Shown: positions 10,534 to 21,199 of the stretch, in pieces
Position numbering within the stretch: the first letter of the stretch is position 1
Layout of the letters: every line of letters begins with the position of its first letter
From: SAR324 cluster bacterium
GTDB taxonomy: Bacteria > SAR324 > NAC60-12
Reading direction: 5' to 3'
NCBI GenBank assembly: GCA_014382365.1
Contig: JACNJW010000024.1
Location: 225 to 64,224, forward strand
DNA: 64,000 nt
Translations under genes and position numbers: made by a program
The notes under the pieces: generated by a model
The model's database searches: none
What the model saw: only the letters and a program-made list of their open reading frames with translations
Told to the model about the DNA's origin: nothing

Positions 10534-11373
10534 ATGTACAGTTCATTGATCACACCTCAAATTGTAAACGAGCATCTTGAAGTACATGACTGGCGTTTTT
10601 TGGATTGCCGCTTTGAGTTGACTGAACCGGAAAAAAAACTGACAGAATTCCTTGATTCTCACCTTCCCGGAGCTTTGTATGCCCATTTGAATCATGATCT
10701 TGCTGTACCACATATTCCCGGAAAAACAGGCAGACATCCTTTACCGGAAAAAGAAAAACTAAAAAATTTATTCTCAAGTTGGGGTATTGACGGCTCTGTT
10801 CAGGTTGTAGTCTATGACGACTGTGGCGGAGCGTACGCCGTGCGTCTCTGGTGGATGCTGCGTTGGCTCGGTCATGATGCGGTTGCTTTAATGGATGGAG
10901 GCTGGCCCCGTTGGATTAAAGAAGGCCGTCCTGTGACTGCAGAACTATTTGTTCCTCAAGAAAAGAACTTTAAAGCAGATCCTCGGCAGAGTTGGCTGGC
11001 CACTGCAGAGGATATTCAGAATAATTTTGATAATCCTGATGTGTGCATCTTAGATGCAAGAAACTCTGACCGTTTTCACGGAAAAAATGAAACGATTGAT
11101 CCTGTTGCCGGTCACATCCCGGGTGCTCTGAGTGCACCATTTGCAGATAATCTGGATGCAGACGGCAACTGGAAACCCAAAGCAGATCTTCGTAGGAGGT
11201 TTGAAAATTTACTTGCTGATTCTCCGGTAGAAAAGACAGTTTCATATTGCGGATCCGGTATCACAGCCTGCCATAACATCCTAGCCATGTACCATGCTGG
11301 TCTGGGAGACTCTCGTCTCTATTGTGGATCCTGGAGTGACTGGATAGCCGACCCTAAACGTCCAGTAGCTTAA
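10534..11373 (+). CDS. sseA: rhodanese-family sulfurtransferase (3-mercaptopyruvate/thiosulfate sulfurtransferase)
   Basis: Two rhodanese domains. Active-site loop CGSGITACH with catalytic Cys. Confidence 0.75.
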   Translation: MYSSLITPQIVNEHLEVHDWRFLDCRFELTEPEKKLTEFLDSHLPGALYAHLNHDLAVPHIPGKTGRHPLPEKEKLKNLFSSWGIDGSVQVVVYDDCGGAYAVRLWWMLRWLGHDAVALMDGGWPRWIKEGRPVTAELFVPQEKNFKADPRQSWLATAEDIQNNFDNPDVCILDARNSDRFHGKNETIDPVAGHIPGALSAPFADNLDADGNWKPKADLRRRFENLLADSPVEKTVSYCGSGITACHNILAMYHAGLGDSRLYCGSWSDWIADPKRPVA

Positions 11374-11548
11374 TTCTAGGCTGCATAGAACAGTCTCATC
11401 TCCCGCTCTATCTTAGCAAATTTGCGTAAGTAAGATTACGAATTGTCAGCAACCTTTCTAAAGGCTATCCTTTAAGAACATCTTGAGTGATTCTTGATAA
11501 AGAAATAATTCTATAAGTAAAAAATCCTCAATTCTCCAGTGAGGTAAT

Positions 11549-14137
11549 ATGCAAAAATCAGTTTGGCTGTTTTCTGAAGGCCGGTCAAAAGACAATGCTT
11601 TATTAGGGAACAAAGGTGCTAATCTCTGTGAAATGACAGCACTCGACCTGCCTGTGCCGTTTGGGTTCATCATCTCAACCGAAACCTGTAATGAGTTCAA
11701 CCGTTTAGGGAAACAACTTCCTGACGGTGTGATGTTACAAGTTATGCAGGCAATTACCGAAATAGAAGTTCAACTCGGTAAAAAATTCGGTGATCCACTG
11801 AATCCTCTCCTGATTTCAGTCCGTTCCGGTGCTGCTGTTTCTATGCCCGGCATGATGGACACAATTCTCAATTTAGGTCTTAACGATGAAATCTGCGCAG
11901 GTCTTTCTCAAAAAACTAACAATCCACGTTTTGCCATAGATACATACCGGCGTTTTCTGCAAATGTACGGAGATGTTACACAAAGTCTGGGCAACGAAAA
12001 ATATGAATCCGTACTTGCAAAATTCAAAACAGATCATAACTACACCAGTGATTTGGAAATGAGAGCTGAGGACTGGAACGAAATTGTTGAATCCTACAAA
12101 AAAATCTTTCAACCACCTGAGGCCCCTCATGTTCAGCTTGAACAATCTATCAAAGCAGTTTTTTCTTCATGGAACAATCCAAGGGCAGTACGCTATCGAA
12201 GTTTCAATAACATTCCTGACAATCTGGGAACTGCAGTCATTGTACAAGCCATGGTATTTGGAAACATGGGTAAAAGCTCCGGAAGCGGAGTTGCTTTCAC
12301 ACGAAACCCTGCCACTGGTGAAAAAAGGTTTTATGGCGAATATTTGATGAATGCTGCAGGAGAAGATGTTGTTGCGGGAACCAGAACCCCTCAGGATTTA
12401 GAACAATTTAATGCGGAACATCCTGATCTTTACGAAAAGTTATTTGTTTTACAGGAAAAACTGGAGTTACATTATCGTGAGATGCAGGACTTGGAATTTA
12501 CGGTTGAAGAGCAAAAGCTATATCTGCTGCAGACACGTACAGGAAAACGAACAGCCAAAGCTTCTGTAAAAATTGCAGTTGATATGGTGAATGAAGGCTT
12601 GATCAGAGAAAGAGCTGCCCTCAAAAGAATTGAACCTGAACGCATGAATTATTTTTTACATCCAATGATTGATCCTGATGCAGAAAAAAATGTGATTGCA
12701 AAGGGGCTTCCGGCCAGTCCTGGAGCAGTTACCGGTCAGGTAGTATTTTCCTCAGAAGAGGCTGAAACTCTGGCAGATAAAGGATTTAAGGTTATTCTGG
12801 TTCGGAAAGAAACAACACCGGAAGATATTCACGGAATGAAAGCCTCAGAAGGCATACTCACTTCACTTGGCGGCATGACTTCTCATGCAGCAGTCGTTGC
12901 CAGAGGAATGGGTAAATGTGGTATTTCAGGCTGCACAGAAATAACAGTTGATTACAAAAAAAAGGAGTTCCGCACGACAGACAATCTTGTTGTGCGCAAA
13001 AAGCAGTTGATCACTCTGGATGGTTCAAGTGGTGAAGTAATGCTGGGTGATGTAAAAAAAATACAGGCTCAATCTGATGATAATTTTCAGACAATTTTAA
13101 AATGGGCAGATGAATACAGAAGGTTAGACGTTCGGGCAAATGCCGAAACTCCCGAAGACGTCCTGAAAGCCCGGGAGCTCGGAGCAGAAGGTATAGGTCT
13201 CTGCCGTACTGAGCACATGTTTTTTGAAGAGGACCGAATTGCAGTAATGCGGGCCATGATTTTAGCGAAAAGTGAGAAAGAACGTCAAACTTATCTTGAC
13301 CGCTTATTTAATTTTCAAAAAGCTGATTTCCGAGAAATATTTAAAATCATGGACGGACTTCCGGTTACCATCCGCTTAATTGATCCTCCGCTACACGAAT
13401 TTCTGCCTCAACAAGACGCAGACCTACATTATTTAGCCAAAATTCTACACCAAAAAGAATCCGAACTTCGAAAAAAGATAAGCAACTTGAGTGAAGCTAA
13501 TCCTATGCTTGGGTTTCGAGGTTGCCGGCTCTCTATTGTCTATCCCGGGATTACCCAGATGCAGGTCCGGGCCATTCTTACAGCCGCAATTGAATGCAAG
13601 CAGGAAGGTATAACTGCTAAACCAGAAATCATGATCCCGCTGATAGCTACAGCCACAGAATTGAAACTAATACTGGCAACCCTGGAAGAAACCGCCAAAG
13701 AAGTTTTTAAGCAGCTTCATAATTCGATTGACTACCAATTCGGCACTATGATGGAGGTCCCGAGGGCCTGTGTGCAGGCCAGGACGATTGCTCCAAATGT
13801 AAGTTTTATGAGTTTTGGGACCAATGATTTGACCCAGATGACTTATGGATTTTCACGTGATGATATAGGAACCTTTCTACCTTCATATTTGGAGAAAAAA
13901 ATATTACCGCATGACCCCTTTGTCACGCTTGACCAGCAAGGGGTAGGCTCTCTGATAAGGACTGCATTAAAACAAAGCCGCAGCGTTAATAAAAAAATTA
14001 ATTTTGGAATTTGCGGAGAGCATGGAGGTGACCCACGTTCAATAGCCTTTTTTCATCAAACCGGTTTTGATTATGTCTCTTGCAGCCCCTTTCGTATTCC
14101 AATTGCCAAAATAGCCGCAGCCCAAGCCAGTTATTAG
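11549..14137 (+). CDS. ppdK: pyruvate, phosphate dikinase
   Basis: 862 aa. N-terminal ATP-grasp. Central phosphohistidine domain (GGMTSHAAVVARGMGKCGISG). C-terminal PEP-utilising TIM barrel (CGEHGGDP). Confidence 0.9.
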   Translation: MQKSVWLFSEGRSKDNALLGNKGANLCEMTALDLPVPFGFIISTETCNEFNRLGKQLPDGVMLQVMQAITEIEVQLGKKFGDPLNPLLISVRSGAAVSMPGMMDTILNLGLNDEICAGLSQKTNNPRFAIDTYRRFLQMYGDVTQSLGNEKYESVLAKFKTDHNYTSDLEMRAEDWNEIVESYKKIFQPPEAPHVQLEQSIKAVFSSWNNPRAVRYRSFNNIPDNLGTAVIVQAMVFGNMGKSSGSGVAFTRNPATGEKRFYGEYLMNAAGEDVVAGTRTPQDLEQFNAEHPDLYEKLFVLQEKLELHYREMQDLEFTVEEQKLYLLQTRTGKRTAKASVKIAVDMVNEGLIRERAALKRIEPERMNYFLHPMIDPDAEKNVIAKGLPASPGAVTGQVVFSSEEAETLADKGFKVILVRKETTPEDIHGMKASEGILTSLGGMTSHAAVVARGMGKCGISGCTEITVDYKKKEFRTTDNLVVRKKQLITLDGSSGEVMLGDVKKIQAQSDDNFQTILKWADEYRRLDVRANAETPEDVLKARELGAEGIGLCRTEHMFFEEDRIAVMRAMILAKSEKERQTYLDRLFNFQKADFREIFKIMDGLPVTIRLIDPPLHEFLPQQDADLHYLAKILHQKESELRKKISNLSEANPMLGFRGCRLSIVYPGITQMQVRAILTAAIECKQEGITAKPEIMIPLIATATELKLILATLEETAKEVFKQLHNSIDYQFGTMMEVPRACVQARTIAPNVSFMSFGTNDLTQMTYGFSRDDIGTFLPSYLEKKILPHDPFVTLDQQGVGSLIRTALKQSRSVNKKINFGICGEHGGDPRSIAFFHQTGFDYVSCSPFRIPIAKIAAAQASY

Positions 14138-14275
14138 CAACGTCCGCTACATCCCATATAATTGACATCTACCTCAGTTTATGCTATGATAAAAGTGCTT
14201 GATTGGCAGTGAAAAGTCGTATCTTTTCCTGCTGATTTTTTCATTATTAATAATTACTCAAGAAAGAAAACAATT

Positions 14276-14644
14276 ATGGCAATTGAACACTTGACAAAGA
14301 AATCATTCAAAGAAAAAGTATATGACTTTGAGGCCTCAAAAGAATGGAATTTTATAGGTAAAAATCCCTGCATCATTGATTTTTATGCTGACTGGTGTGG
14401 ACCTTGTAAAATGGTGGCTCCGGTCCTTGAAGAACTGTCTGAAGAATTTCACTGCAACCTTGATATTTATAAGGTTGATACTGAAGCAGAGCAAGAACTC
14501 GCAGGTATGTTTGGTATCCGCAGCATACCTTCAATTCTTTTTGTGCCTAAAGATGGAAAACCACAAATGAGTATGGGGGCACTGCCCAAGGAAACCTTCC
14601 GTCAACTAATTAAGGAAGCTTTGGGTTTGGAAGAACCCTGCTAA
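14276..14644 (+). CDS. trx: thioredoxin
   Basis: 122 aa with the canonical WCGPCK active site. Confidence 0.85.
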   Translation: MAIEHLTKKSFKEKVYDFEASKEWNFIGKNPCIIDFYADWCGPCKMVAPVLEELSEEFHCNLDIYKVDTEAEQELAGMFGIRSIPSILFVPKDGKPQMSMGALPKETFRQLIKEALGLEEPC

Positions 14645-14903
14645 ATTGAATGGTTCATCCCCTCGGTTTCGTAAATGTCCACAAGAACGGCAATTATTAT
14701 TAACATTTGAATTACAATGTACAATCTTTCGGATAATTACGGAACCGAAAACATCAACATCTTAATTCTCCCTCCCCACTAAAGGTAATTATTTCTTCGG
14801 CATTTCTGCGTTTACTCAAAACAGGAACAAAATTTAGATTGATATATTCCACAGAAATGATAATTCTAAAGCAATAATTACTTTAATATAGCTGAGTTAA
14901 CAA

Positions 14904-16340
14904 ATGAAATTCCGGAGATTTAAAAACATTGCCTGGGGAACCAGTTTAATTTTGGTGCTTATAATTGGGTGTGCTTTAACTTCAGTGGCACAAGAATCTG
15001 CAGAGAACATTTCAACTGTTGTGATCGACAGTGCACCTAAAAAACTCTATTCCGAGCTGTACTCAGACGAAAATGCCAATCAGTTCATGGTGGAAATATA
15101 CGAAGAACCACAAGAAGGCGAAAACATGATTCATTTTCGTTCCTTCAAAAATGGAAAAATAATCGGTCGAAAATCGCAAGCATTGGCAGATGCACATAAT
15201 TTTACATTTTTCATTGATGAAACAGAACAACGCATAATGCGTCAAGACACAGAAAAGTTGCTCTATAACGTGCTCAAAAAATTGATGGAGGAATCTGACC
15301 AAAAACTAAAGACCAATCTTGAAGATCTCTTTGATCAGGAAAAATTGGCTCAAAGCCTCTCAGAAAAGATTACAACTCCTGACAATCAAATTAAAGACAT
15401 GGCCGAGCAGATTTCAAAAAAAATCACATTTGACGGTGGCACTGTTTCAGACATGGCTGAACGGATTTCAAAGCAGATTAAAACTCCGGATGAGCAAATT
15501 TCCGCAATGGCTAAAAGAATCTCAAAAGATATCAAAACTCCGGATGATCAAATTGCTGCTATGGCGTCAAGAATTTCAAAGGAAATTACTTTTGATGGCG
15601 GTACTGTAAAAAACATGGCCGAAAGGATTTCAAAACAAATAAAAACTCCGGAAGAGCAGATTGCTGCTATGGCGGAGCACATATCCAAAAAAATAAAAAC
15701 TCCGGATGAGCAGATTGCAACAATGGCGGAGCAAATTTCCAGTCAAATAAAAACTCCGGATGAGCAGATTACGACAATGGCTGAAAAAATTTCCAGTCAA
15801 ATAAAAACTCCGGATGAGCAGATTGCAGCAATGGCGGAGATAATCTCCAGTCAAATAAAAACTCCGGATGAGCAGATTGCAGCAATGGCGGAGCACATAT
15901 CCAAAAAAATAAAAACTCCAGATGAACAGATTTCGACTATGGCTGAGCAAATCTCGCAGCAAATCAAAACCCCCGAGGCAAGAGTCAACGAAGAATCTCT
16001 GGCACTGACACTGGCCATCAAGCTTACTCAGAAAGAAAATCTGGTGGCAGCCAAAATCCCTCCTTATATGGATTTGTTGAATCAGGTTTCTTCCAGTAAC
16101 GAACAGCAGGATTACGAAAAAACCATCGAGATCCTGGATGAAGATATTGCAAACCGAACTCCGGATGAACAACGAAAAGCATTAAAAATATCCGGGTTGA
16201 TGTCTGTACTTGTTGCATCTAAAAAGTTAAAACGAGCTATCTCAACTATTGAAGATTATGACTTGCCGGATGACCCTGATTTGCGTGAAATATCTGCTGC
16301 ACTTTCTGACTGGCTTAGTAAGAATCTGGTGGTAGATTAG
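14904..16340 (+). CDS. tandem-repeat lipoprotein (18-aa KTPDEQIAAMAEHISKKI-type repeats), function unknown
   Basis: Signal peptide with lipobox LIIGCAL. The central region carries about 11 near-identical 18-aa repeats, two of which are the TFDGGTV variant. Confidence 0.7.
   Translation: MKFRRFKNIAWGTSLILVLIIGCALTSVAQESAENISTVVIDSAPKKLYSELYSDENANQFMVEIYEEPQEGENMIHFRSFKNGKIIGRKSQALADAHNFTFFIDETEQRIMRQDTEKLLYNVLKKLMEESDQKLKTNLEDLFDQEKLAQSLSEKITTPDNQIKDMAEQISKKITFDGGTVSDMAERISKQIKTPDEQISAMAKRISKDIKTPDDQIAAMASRISKEITFDGGTVKNMAERISKQIKTPEEQIAAMAEHISKKIKTPDEQIATMAEQISSQIKTPDEQITTMAEKISSQIKTPDEQIAAMAEIISSQIKTPDEQIAAMAEHISKKIKTPDEQISTMAEQISQQIKTPEARVNEESLALTLAIKLTQKENLVAAKIPPYMDLLNQVSSSNEQQDYEKTIEILDEDIANRTPDEQRKALKISGLMSVLVASKKLKRAISTIEDYDLPDDPDLREISAALSDWLSKNLVVD
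15369..15986 (+). repeat. 54-bp tandem repeat array, ~11.4 copies, in-frame within the CDS 14904..16340
   Basis: aaaactccggatgagcagattgc(a/t)gcaatggcggagca...atatccaaaaaaata recurs with an exact 54-nt phase (15480, 15534, 15588 ... 15966). Confidence 0.9.
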
Positions 16341-16383
16341 TTTCTTAAATTCATTAAAGAAAATGGATTATTTTTCATAATAC

Positions 16384-16420
16384 TAAAACTGACTGCTTGA
16401 ATAATCAGTATTTTTTCTCC
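16384..16420 (+). terminator. possible weak intrinsic terminator after the repeat-lipoprotein gene
   Basis: ACTGA-ctgcttgaataa-TCAGT short stem followed by TATTTTTT. The stem is AT-rich, so confidence is low. Confidence 0.25.
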
Positions 16421-16501
16421 TCCCCGATTGCCTTCTTTTGCTTGTCTTGTTTTGTTAATACATGATAGGATTTACACATGTAATTATTTCAGATTACAAG
16501 T

Positions 16502-18121
16502 TTGATAAACTCAACCTATGGACTTGCCATGAATGACACTTCATTCTCATTGGATCAATACCAAATTCATCCTCGTAACATTATCCGCAATGCCCCTCCA
16601 TCAGCCTTATATGAGGAAGCCTTGACATATGAACCTGATGCAACTATTTCCTCTACCGGAGCCTTGATTGTTTCTTCATATGAAAAAACTGGTAGAAGCC
16701 CCAAAGACAAAAGAATCGTTGAATATCCTGAAATAATGGAAGATGTCTGGTGGGGAGATATTAACATGGGAATGGATGAGGAAACATTCATGATTGCAAG
16801 GGGTCGTGCTGTTGATTATTTAAATACCTGCGAAAGAGTCTATGTCATTGACGGTTTTGCCGGTTGGGATCCTAAATATCGTCTAAAAATTCGGATCATT
16901 GCTACTCGTCCATACCATGCTTTGTTCATGCATAACATGCTGATTCGTCCTACTGCAGAAGAATTAGCAAATTATGGTGAACCGGATTATGTGATTTTCA
17001 ATGCAGGACGATTTCCGGCTAATCCACTAACTAAACACATGACTTCCCGTACCAGTGTTGAGTTGAGTTTTAAACGTAAAGAATTTGTAATTCTAGGGAC
17101 TGAATATGCCGGTGAAATGAAAAAGGGAGTTTTCACCATTATGAATTACATCATGCCCAAGCAAGGAATTCTTTCCATGCACAGCTCTGCAAATGTTGGA
17201 AAATCTGGAGATGTCGCCGTTTTTTTCGGTTTATCAGGAACAGGAAAAACCACACTTTCTGCAGACCCTAAGCGTCAACTTATCGGAGATGATGAGCATT
17301 GCTGGACTGACGATGGGATCTTCAACATTGAAGGCGGTTGCTATGCAAAGTGCATTAATCTCTCTGAAGACAAAGAACCTGATATTTATCGCGCAATTCG
17401 TTTTGGGACCGTCCTGGAAAATGTGGATTATGACCAGGAGACTAGTGTTGTTGATTATGATGGAACATCGCAAACTGAAAACACGCGTGCATCTTATCCG
17501 ATTGAATTTATTTTGAACGCAAAAATACCCTGTATCGGAGGACATCCGCAGAATATAATTTTTCTAACATGTGACGCCTTTGGTGTCTTACCTCCAGTCA
17601 GCAAACTAAATCCTGCACAGGCCATGTATCACTTTATTAGTGGATATACTGCAAAAGTAGCCGGCACAGAAATGGGTGTCACGGAGCCTGAAGCAACTTT
17701 TTCTGCCTGTTTCGGAGCAGCATTCATGGTTTGGCATCCAAGTAAGTATGCAGAACTTCTGGCAAATCGTATTGAACAAAACGGAACTTCTGTCTGGCTG
17801 GTTAATACCGGCTGGAGTGGAGGCGGTTTTGGTGAGGGTGAGCGCATGTCACTAAGTTATACAAGAGCTATCATCGACGCCATTTTAGACGGTTCCTTGA
17901 AAAATTCACCTTCTGCTTACAACGATTTATTCGAATTTGAAGTGCCTACTGCATGCCCGAATGTTCCGGATGAAATAATGCAACCTAAAAAGACTTGGTC
18001 AGATGGAAATGCTTACGATCAGGCTGCACTTAAATTAGCAAAAATGTTCAAAGAAAACTTCAAGCAATTTGAATCAGGCTCCAGTCAGGAAATCATTCAG
18101 GCCGGCCCAAACGTTGCCTGA
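16502..18121 (+). CDS. pckA: phosphoenolpyruvate carboxykinase (ATP)
   Basis: 539 aa. Kinase-1a loop [11 protein letters not shown] and PEPCK-ATP core motifs. Confidence 0.9.
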   Translation: MINSTYGLAMNDTSFSLDQYQIHPRNIIRNAPPSALYEEALTYEPDATISSTGALIVSSYEKTGRSPKDKRIVEYPEIMEDVWWGDINMGMDEETFMIARGRAVDYLNTCERVYVIDGFAGWDPKYRLKIRIIATRPYHALFMHNMLIRPTAEELANYGEPDYVIFNAGRFPANPLTKHMTSRTSVELSFKRKEFVILGTEYAGEMKKGVFTIMNYIMPKQGILSMHSSANVGKSGDVAVFFGLSGTGKTTLSADPKRQLIGDDEHCWTDDGIFNIEGGCYAKCINLSEDKEPDIYRAIRFGTVLENVDYDQETSVVDYDGTSQTENTRASYPIEFILNAKIPCIGGHPQNIIFLTCDAFGVLPPVSKLNPAQAMYHFISGYTAKVAGTEMGVTEPEATFSACFGAAFMVWHPSKYAELLANRIEQNGTSVWLVNTGWSGGGFGEGERMSLSYTRAIIDAILDGSLKNSPSAYNDLFEFEVPTACPNVPDEIMQPKKTWSDGNAYDQAALKLAKMFKENFKQFESGSSQEIIQAGPNVA

Positions 18122-18529
18122 TTTTTTCAAGATTTCTTCCAGCAGGGCACAGCTAAAGCTGCTTGTCCTGCTTAACTGCGACAAATCAGAATACTAAAGA
18201 AATTTGTCTCAGCAGACAAAATGTATAATGCCTGCATTTTCAGTTACAGTTCTAAACACAAATCAATAAATAGACACTTTAACCTAGCTCCTTTTCTATT
18301 ACCATTATCTGGAGATTCACTCCTGCCGTAGAAACTGATTGATTTGTATTTAGTTTGTTATCAACAATCGTTTCCTACAAAATCAGAAATTATTACCCGG
18401 CTATTAAGCTTGTCAACTGCAGAAATTTTGTGCTCAAATTGTTGAATCGTTAAGCACTGGACAATTCAAGCAATCCTTTGGGAATTATTGTAATTAAAGA
18501 AATAATCTAGATTTAAATTTTAATCAAAA

Positions 18530-20338
18530 ATGATTGATAAATTGCTTAAAATGATGAGCAGTCTGGAATTAGACATGTTGATAGTTGTTTCTACTGACGA
18601 ACACCTCAATGAATACCTGCCACTCCAGAACAGACGTTTAAAAGCATCTACAGCAGCGGGTAACTCTGCCGGATTCAGCGGTTCAGCAGGAACTGCAATT
18701 TTTTGTGTAGACGGTCCACATCAGCTTTTTGTTGATTCACGCTATCATTTGCAGGCTGAGCAAACGTGTTCAGAATATTTTACAGTTCAGCGACTGGGAG
18801 TAGAAGGGGTTTTGGAGCCCGCAAAATGGCTTGCTGCCCAATCTAAAAGAGAATTGAAAATTGCTGCAGATCCATTTGTGATGACCACTAAAGAATGGAG
18901 GCGCTTTAAAAATGAGCTTGCTAAATCAGGACACACTCTGATTCCAACCACACCAAATTTGGTGGATGAAGTATGGGATAACCGTCCACCACCACCCAGA
19001 AACGAGATCTATCCACTAGCACTTAAATATACCGGTAAAGCAGGCGGAATTAAGCTGCATGAAGTCAGAAAAGAAATGAATTCTGCAGCAGGGTCTGATA
19101 ATTCAAAAGCAGATGTCTTGTTGCTTACTATGCTGGATGAAGTAGCCTGGCTGACAAATTTACGCGGCAGTGATATTGATCACAACCCGGTCTTTGAAGC
19201 ATATGCAGCAATTTTTGCAGAAAAGGCGATCTGTTTTTGTCATCATCCAGAAGTAGATTTAAGTTCACATTGTCCAGAGTGGGAGTTTCGACATTATGCA
19301 GAATATCCTGAATTTATCAAGAAACTAGCTGAGCAAAAAACTATCAAAGTTTGGCTTGACCCAAGTGCAGTCACTATGGGAACACGCCTGACTTTTTCTG
19401 ATTCGCAGGTAATAGAAAAAGAAAGTCCAATTGTTTTACTAAAAGCACTTAAAAATTCTGTTGAAATTTCTGCCATTAAAAAGGCTCATCAACAGGCCGG
19501 CGCTGGAGTAGTCAGGAGCTTGCGTCGTTTACAACAGACAATAAAGGCTAACCGTCCAATTACAGAAAAAAAGTATGCAGACTGGCTGTTCGAAGAATAC
19601 AAAAAAGCAGATGGTTTTACCGATCTTAGTTTTGGCACCATAGCAGGTTCTGGTGCAAATGGAGCTATTGTTCATTACGAGAAGCCTGATTCAATTAAAC
19701 CAATGCATGCAGGAGAAATGCTGCTTGTTGATTCCGGAATCCAGTGTTCAGGAGGCACCACAGATGCAACCCGGACTCTCATGCTTGGAAAGCACAATCA
19801 AAAACAAAAAAGAATATTTACTTTGGTACTTCAAGCTCATATTCGCTTAGCACGTCAAGTCTTTCCTGCAGGCACAAAAGGATCTGCGCTTGATTCCATT
19901 ACCCGCTCAGGACTCTGGAATGAAGGACTTGATTACGGACACGGCACAGGCCATGGTGTTGGAGCTTTCCTGAACGTTCACGAAGGCCCACAACGTATTT
20001 CGCCCGCTGCTCATGATGTGGATTTGCAGGCTGGAATGGTCATCTCAAATGAACCCGGCTATTACGAAAACGACTGGGGAGGAATTAGACTGGAGAATCT
20101 GTATCTCGTTAAAAAAAATACTGATTTCCCAGTGCATGCTGGTGAAAAAATATGGCTTTGTTTCGAGGCACTGACAATGATACCTTTTGAACGAAGGTTG
20201 ATTGATAAAGATCTCCTCTCAGCAGAAGAACTCCAATGGCTGAATGCCTATCACATTCAGGTGATGGAAAACCTTTCACCTTTACTCGACAATCCTGAAG
20301 ACCTGAAGTGGCTGACTTGGGCTTGTGAAAAAATATAG
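18530..20338 (+). CDS. pepP: Xaa-Pro aminopeptidase (M24B, three-domain aminopeptidase P type)
   Basis: 602 aa. Creatinase-N-like N-terminal domains. M24 metal ligands and the HGTGHGVG motif. Confidence 0.8.
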   Translation: MIDKLLKMMSSLELDMLIVVSTDEHLNEYLPLQNRRLKASTAAGNSAGFSGSAGTAIFCVDGPHQLFVDSRYHLQAEQTCSEYFTVQRLGVEGVLEPAKWLAAQSKRELKIAADPFVMTTKEWRRFKNELAKSGHTLIPTTPNLVDEVWDNRPPPPRNEIYPLALKYTGKAGGIKLHEVRKEMNSAAGSDNSKADVLLLTMLDEVAWLTNLRGSDIDHNPVFEAYAAIFAEKAICFCHHPEVDLSSHCPEWEFRHYAEYPEFIKKLAEQKTIKVWLDPSAVTMGTRLTFSDSQVIEKESPIVLLKALKNSVEISAIKKAHQQAGAGVVRSLRRLQQTIKANRPITEKKYADWLFEEYKKADGFTDLSFGTIAGSGANGAIVHYEKPDSIKPMHAGEMLLVDSGIQCSGGTTDATRTLMLGKHNQKQKRIFTLVLQAHIRLARQVFPAGTKGSALDSITRSGLWNEGLDYGHGTGHGVGAFLNVHEGPQRISPAAHDVDLQAGMVISNEPGYYENDWGGIRLENLYLVKKNTDFPVHAGEKIWLCFEALTMIPFERRLIDKDLLSAEELQWLNAYHIQVMENLSPLLDNPEDLKWLTWACEKI

Positions 20339-21199
20339 ATGATAATTCAGACACCGGCAAAAATAAATCCACTGCTCTATATTTTAAACAAACGTAAAGA
20401 CGCTTTCCATGAAGTGTATATGCATATGCTTCCGGTCAGTTTATTTGATAGAATAACTTTTTGCAAAAATGACGGACAGGGGTTAAATTTTCGGATACTT
20501 GGGGCTGACTTTTCTGAGCCTACTGAAGATAATCTGGTTGTCCGGGCAGTACGATCTTTTGAGCAGGTAAGTGGAATCACAGTGAACTTTGATATTTTAC
20601 TCGAGAAGAACATTCCCTCCGGTGCTGGACTTGGCGGAGGAAGTGGGAATGCTGCCGGTACTATTCAAGCTTTGAATTATTTATTTCGAAAATCACCGGA
20701 AAAAGTAGGTTTATTAGCAGAAAAAAATATTCAATCAATTGCAGCAGAATTAGGTTCTGACGTCCCTTTTTTTCTTAATCCAATTCCAGCTGAAATCAGC
20801 GGACGTGGTGAAAAGACAAAACCACTAAACAGCTATCCAAAACTCTTTCTGATTGTAATTAAACCACAGCTTTCAATCTCCACCAAAGAAGCCTACCAGA
20901 AATGCAATCCAGAAAACCAAAACAAGTTCCCCAAAATACACTCTCTGACTGATTTGAAGAATCATTTACATAACCAGTTTGAAAGCTCTTTGTTAACACA
21001 GTTCCCTGTCTTGTCTGAACTGAAGTCTAGATTGCTCAATTATGGTGCATTTGGTGCATTAGTTTCAGGGAGCGGTTCTGCCGTTTTTGGAATTTATAAG
21101 GATAATATACAGCAATTACAAGCATTTAAAGACCTGTCATGTCTTGCGAACAACGAAACTTTCATTTGCGAAAGCCTGGACTCATATCAATATTTTTGA
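20339..21199 (+). CDS. ispE: 4-diphosphocytidyl-2-C-methyl-D-erythritol kinase
   Basis: GHMP kinase motif PSGAGLGGGSGNAAG. Size 286 aa. Confidence 0.8.
   Translation: MIIQTPAKINPLLYILNKRKDAFHEVYMHMLPVSLFDRITFCKNDGQGLNFRILGADFSEPTEDNLVVRAVRSFEQVSGITVNFDILLEKNIPSGAGLGGGSGNAAGTIQALNYLFRKSPEKVGLLAEKNIQSIAAELGSDVPFFLNPIPAEISGRGEKTKPLNSYPKLFLIVIKPQLSISTKEAYQKCNPENQNKFPKIHSLTDLKNHLHNQFESSLLTQFPVLSELKSRLLNYGAFGALVSGSGSAVFGIYKDNIQQLQAFKDLSCLANNETFICESLDSYQYF

Noticed and set aside
15630-16172. 180-aa minus-strand ORF
   Set aside because: It lies entirely within the 54-bp tandem-repeat array of the plus-strand lipoprotein gene. Its own sequence is an antisense reading of the repeat (FYLTGNLLRHCCNLLIRS repeated), so it is a repeat artefact.
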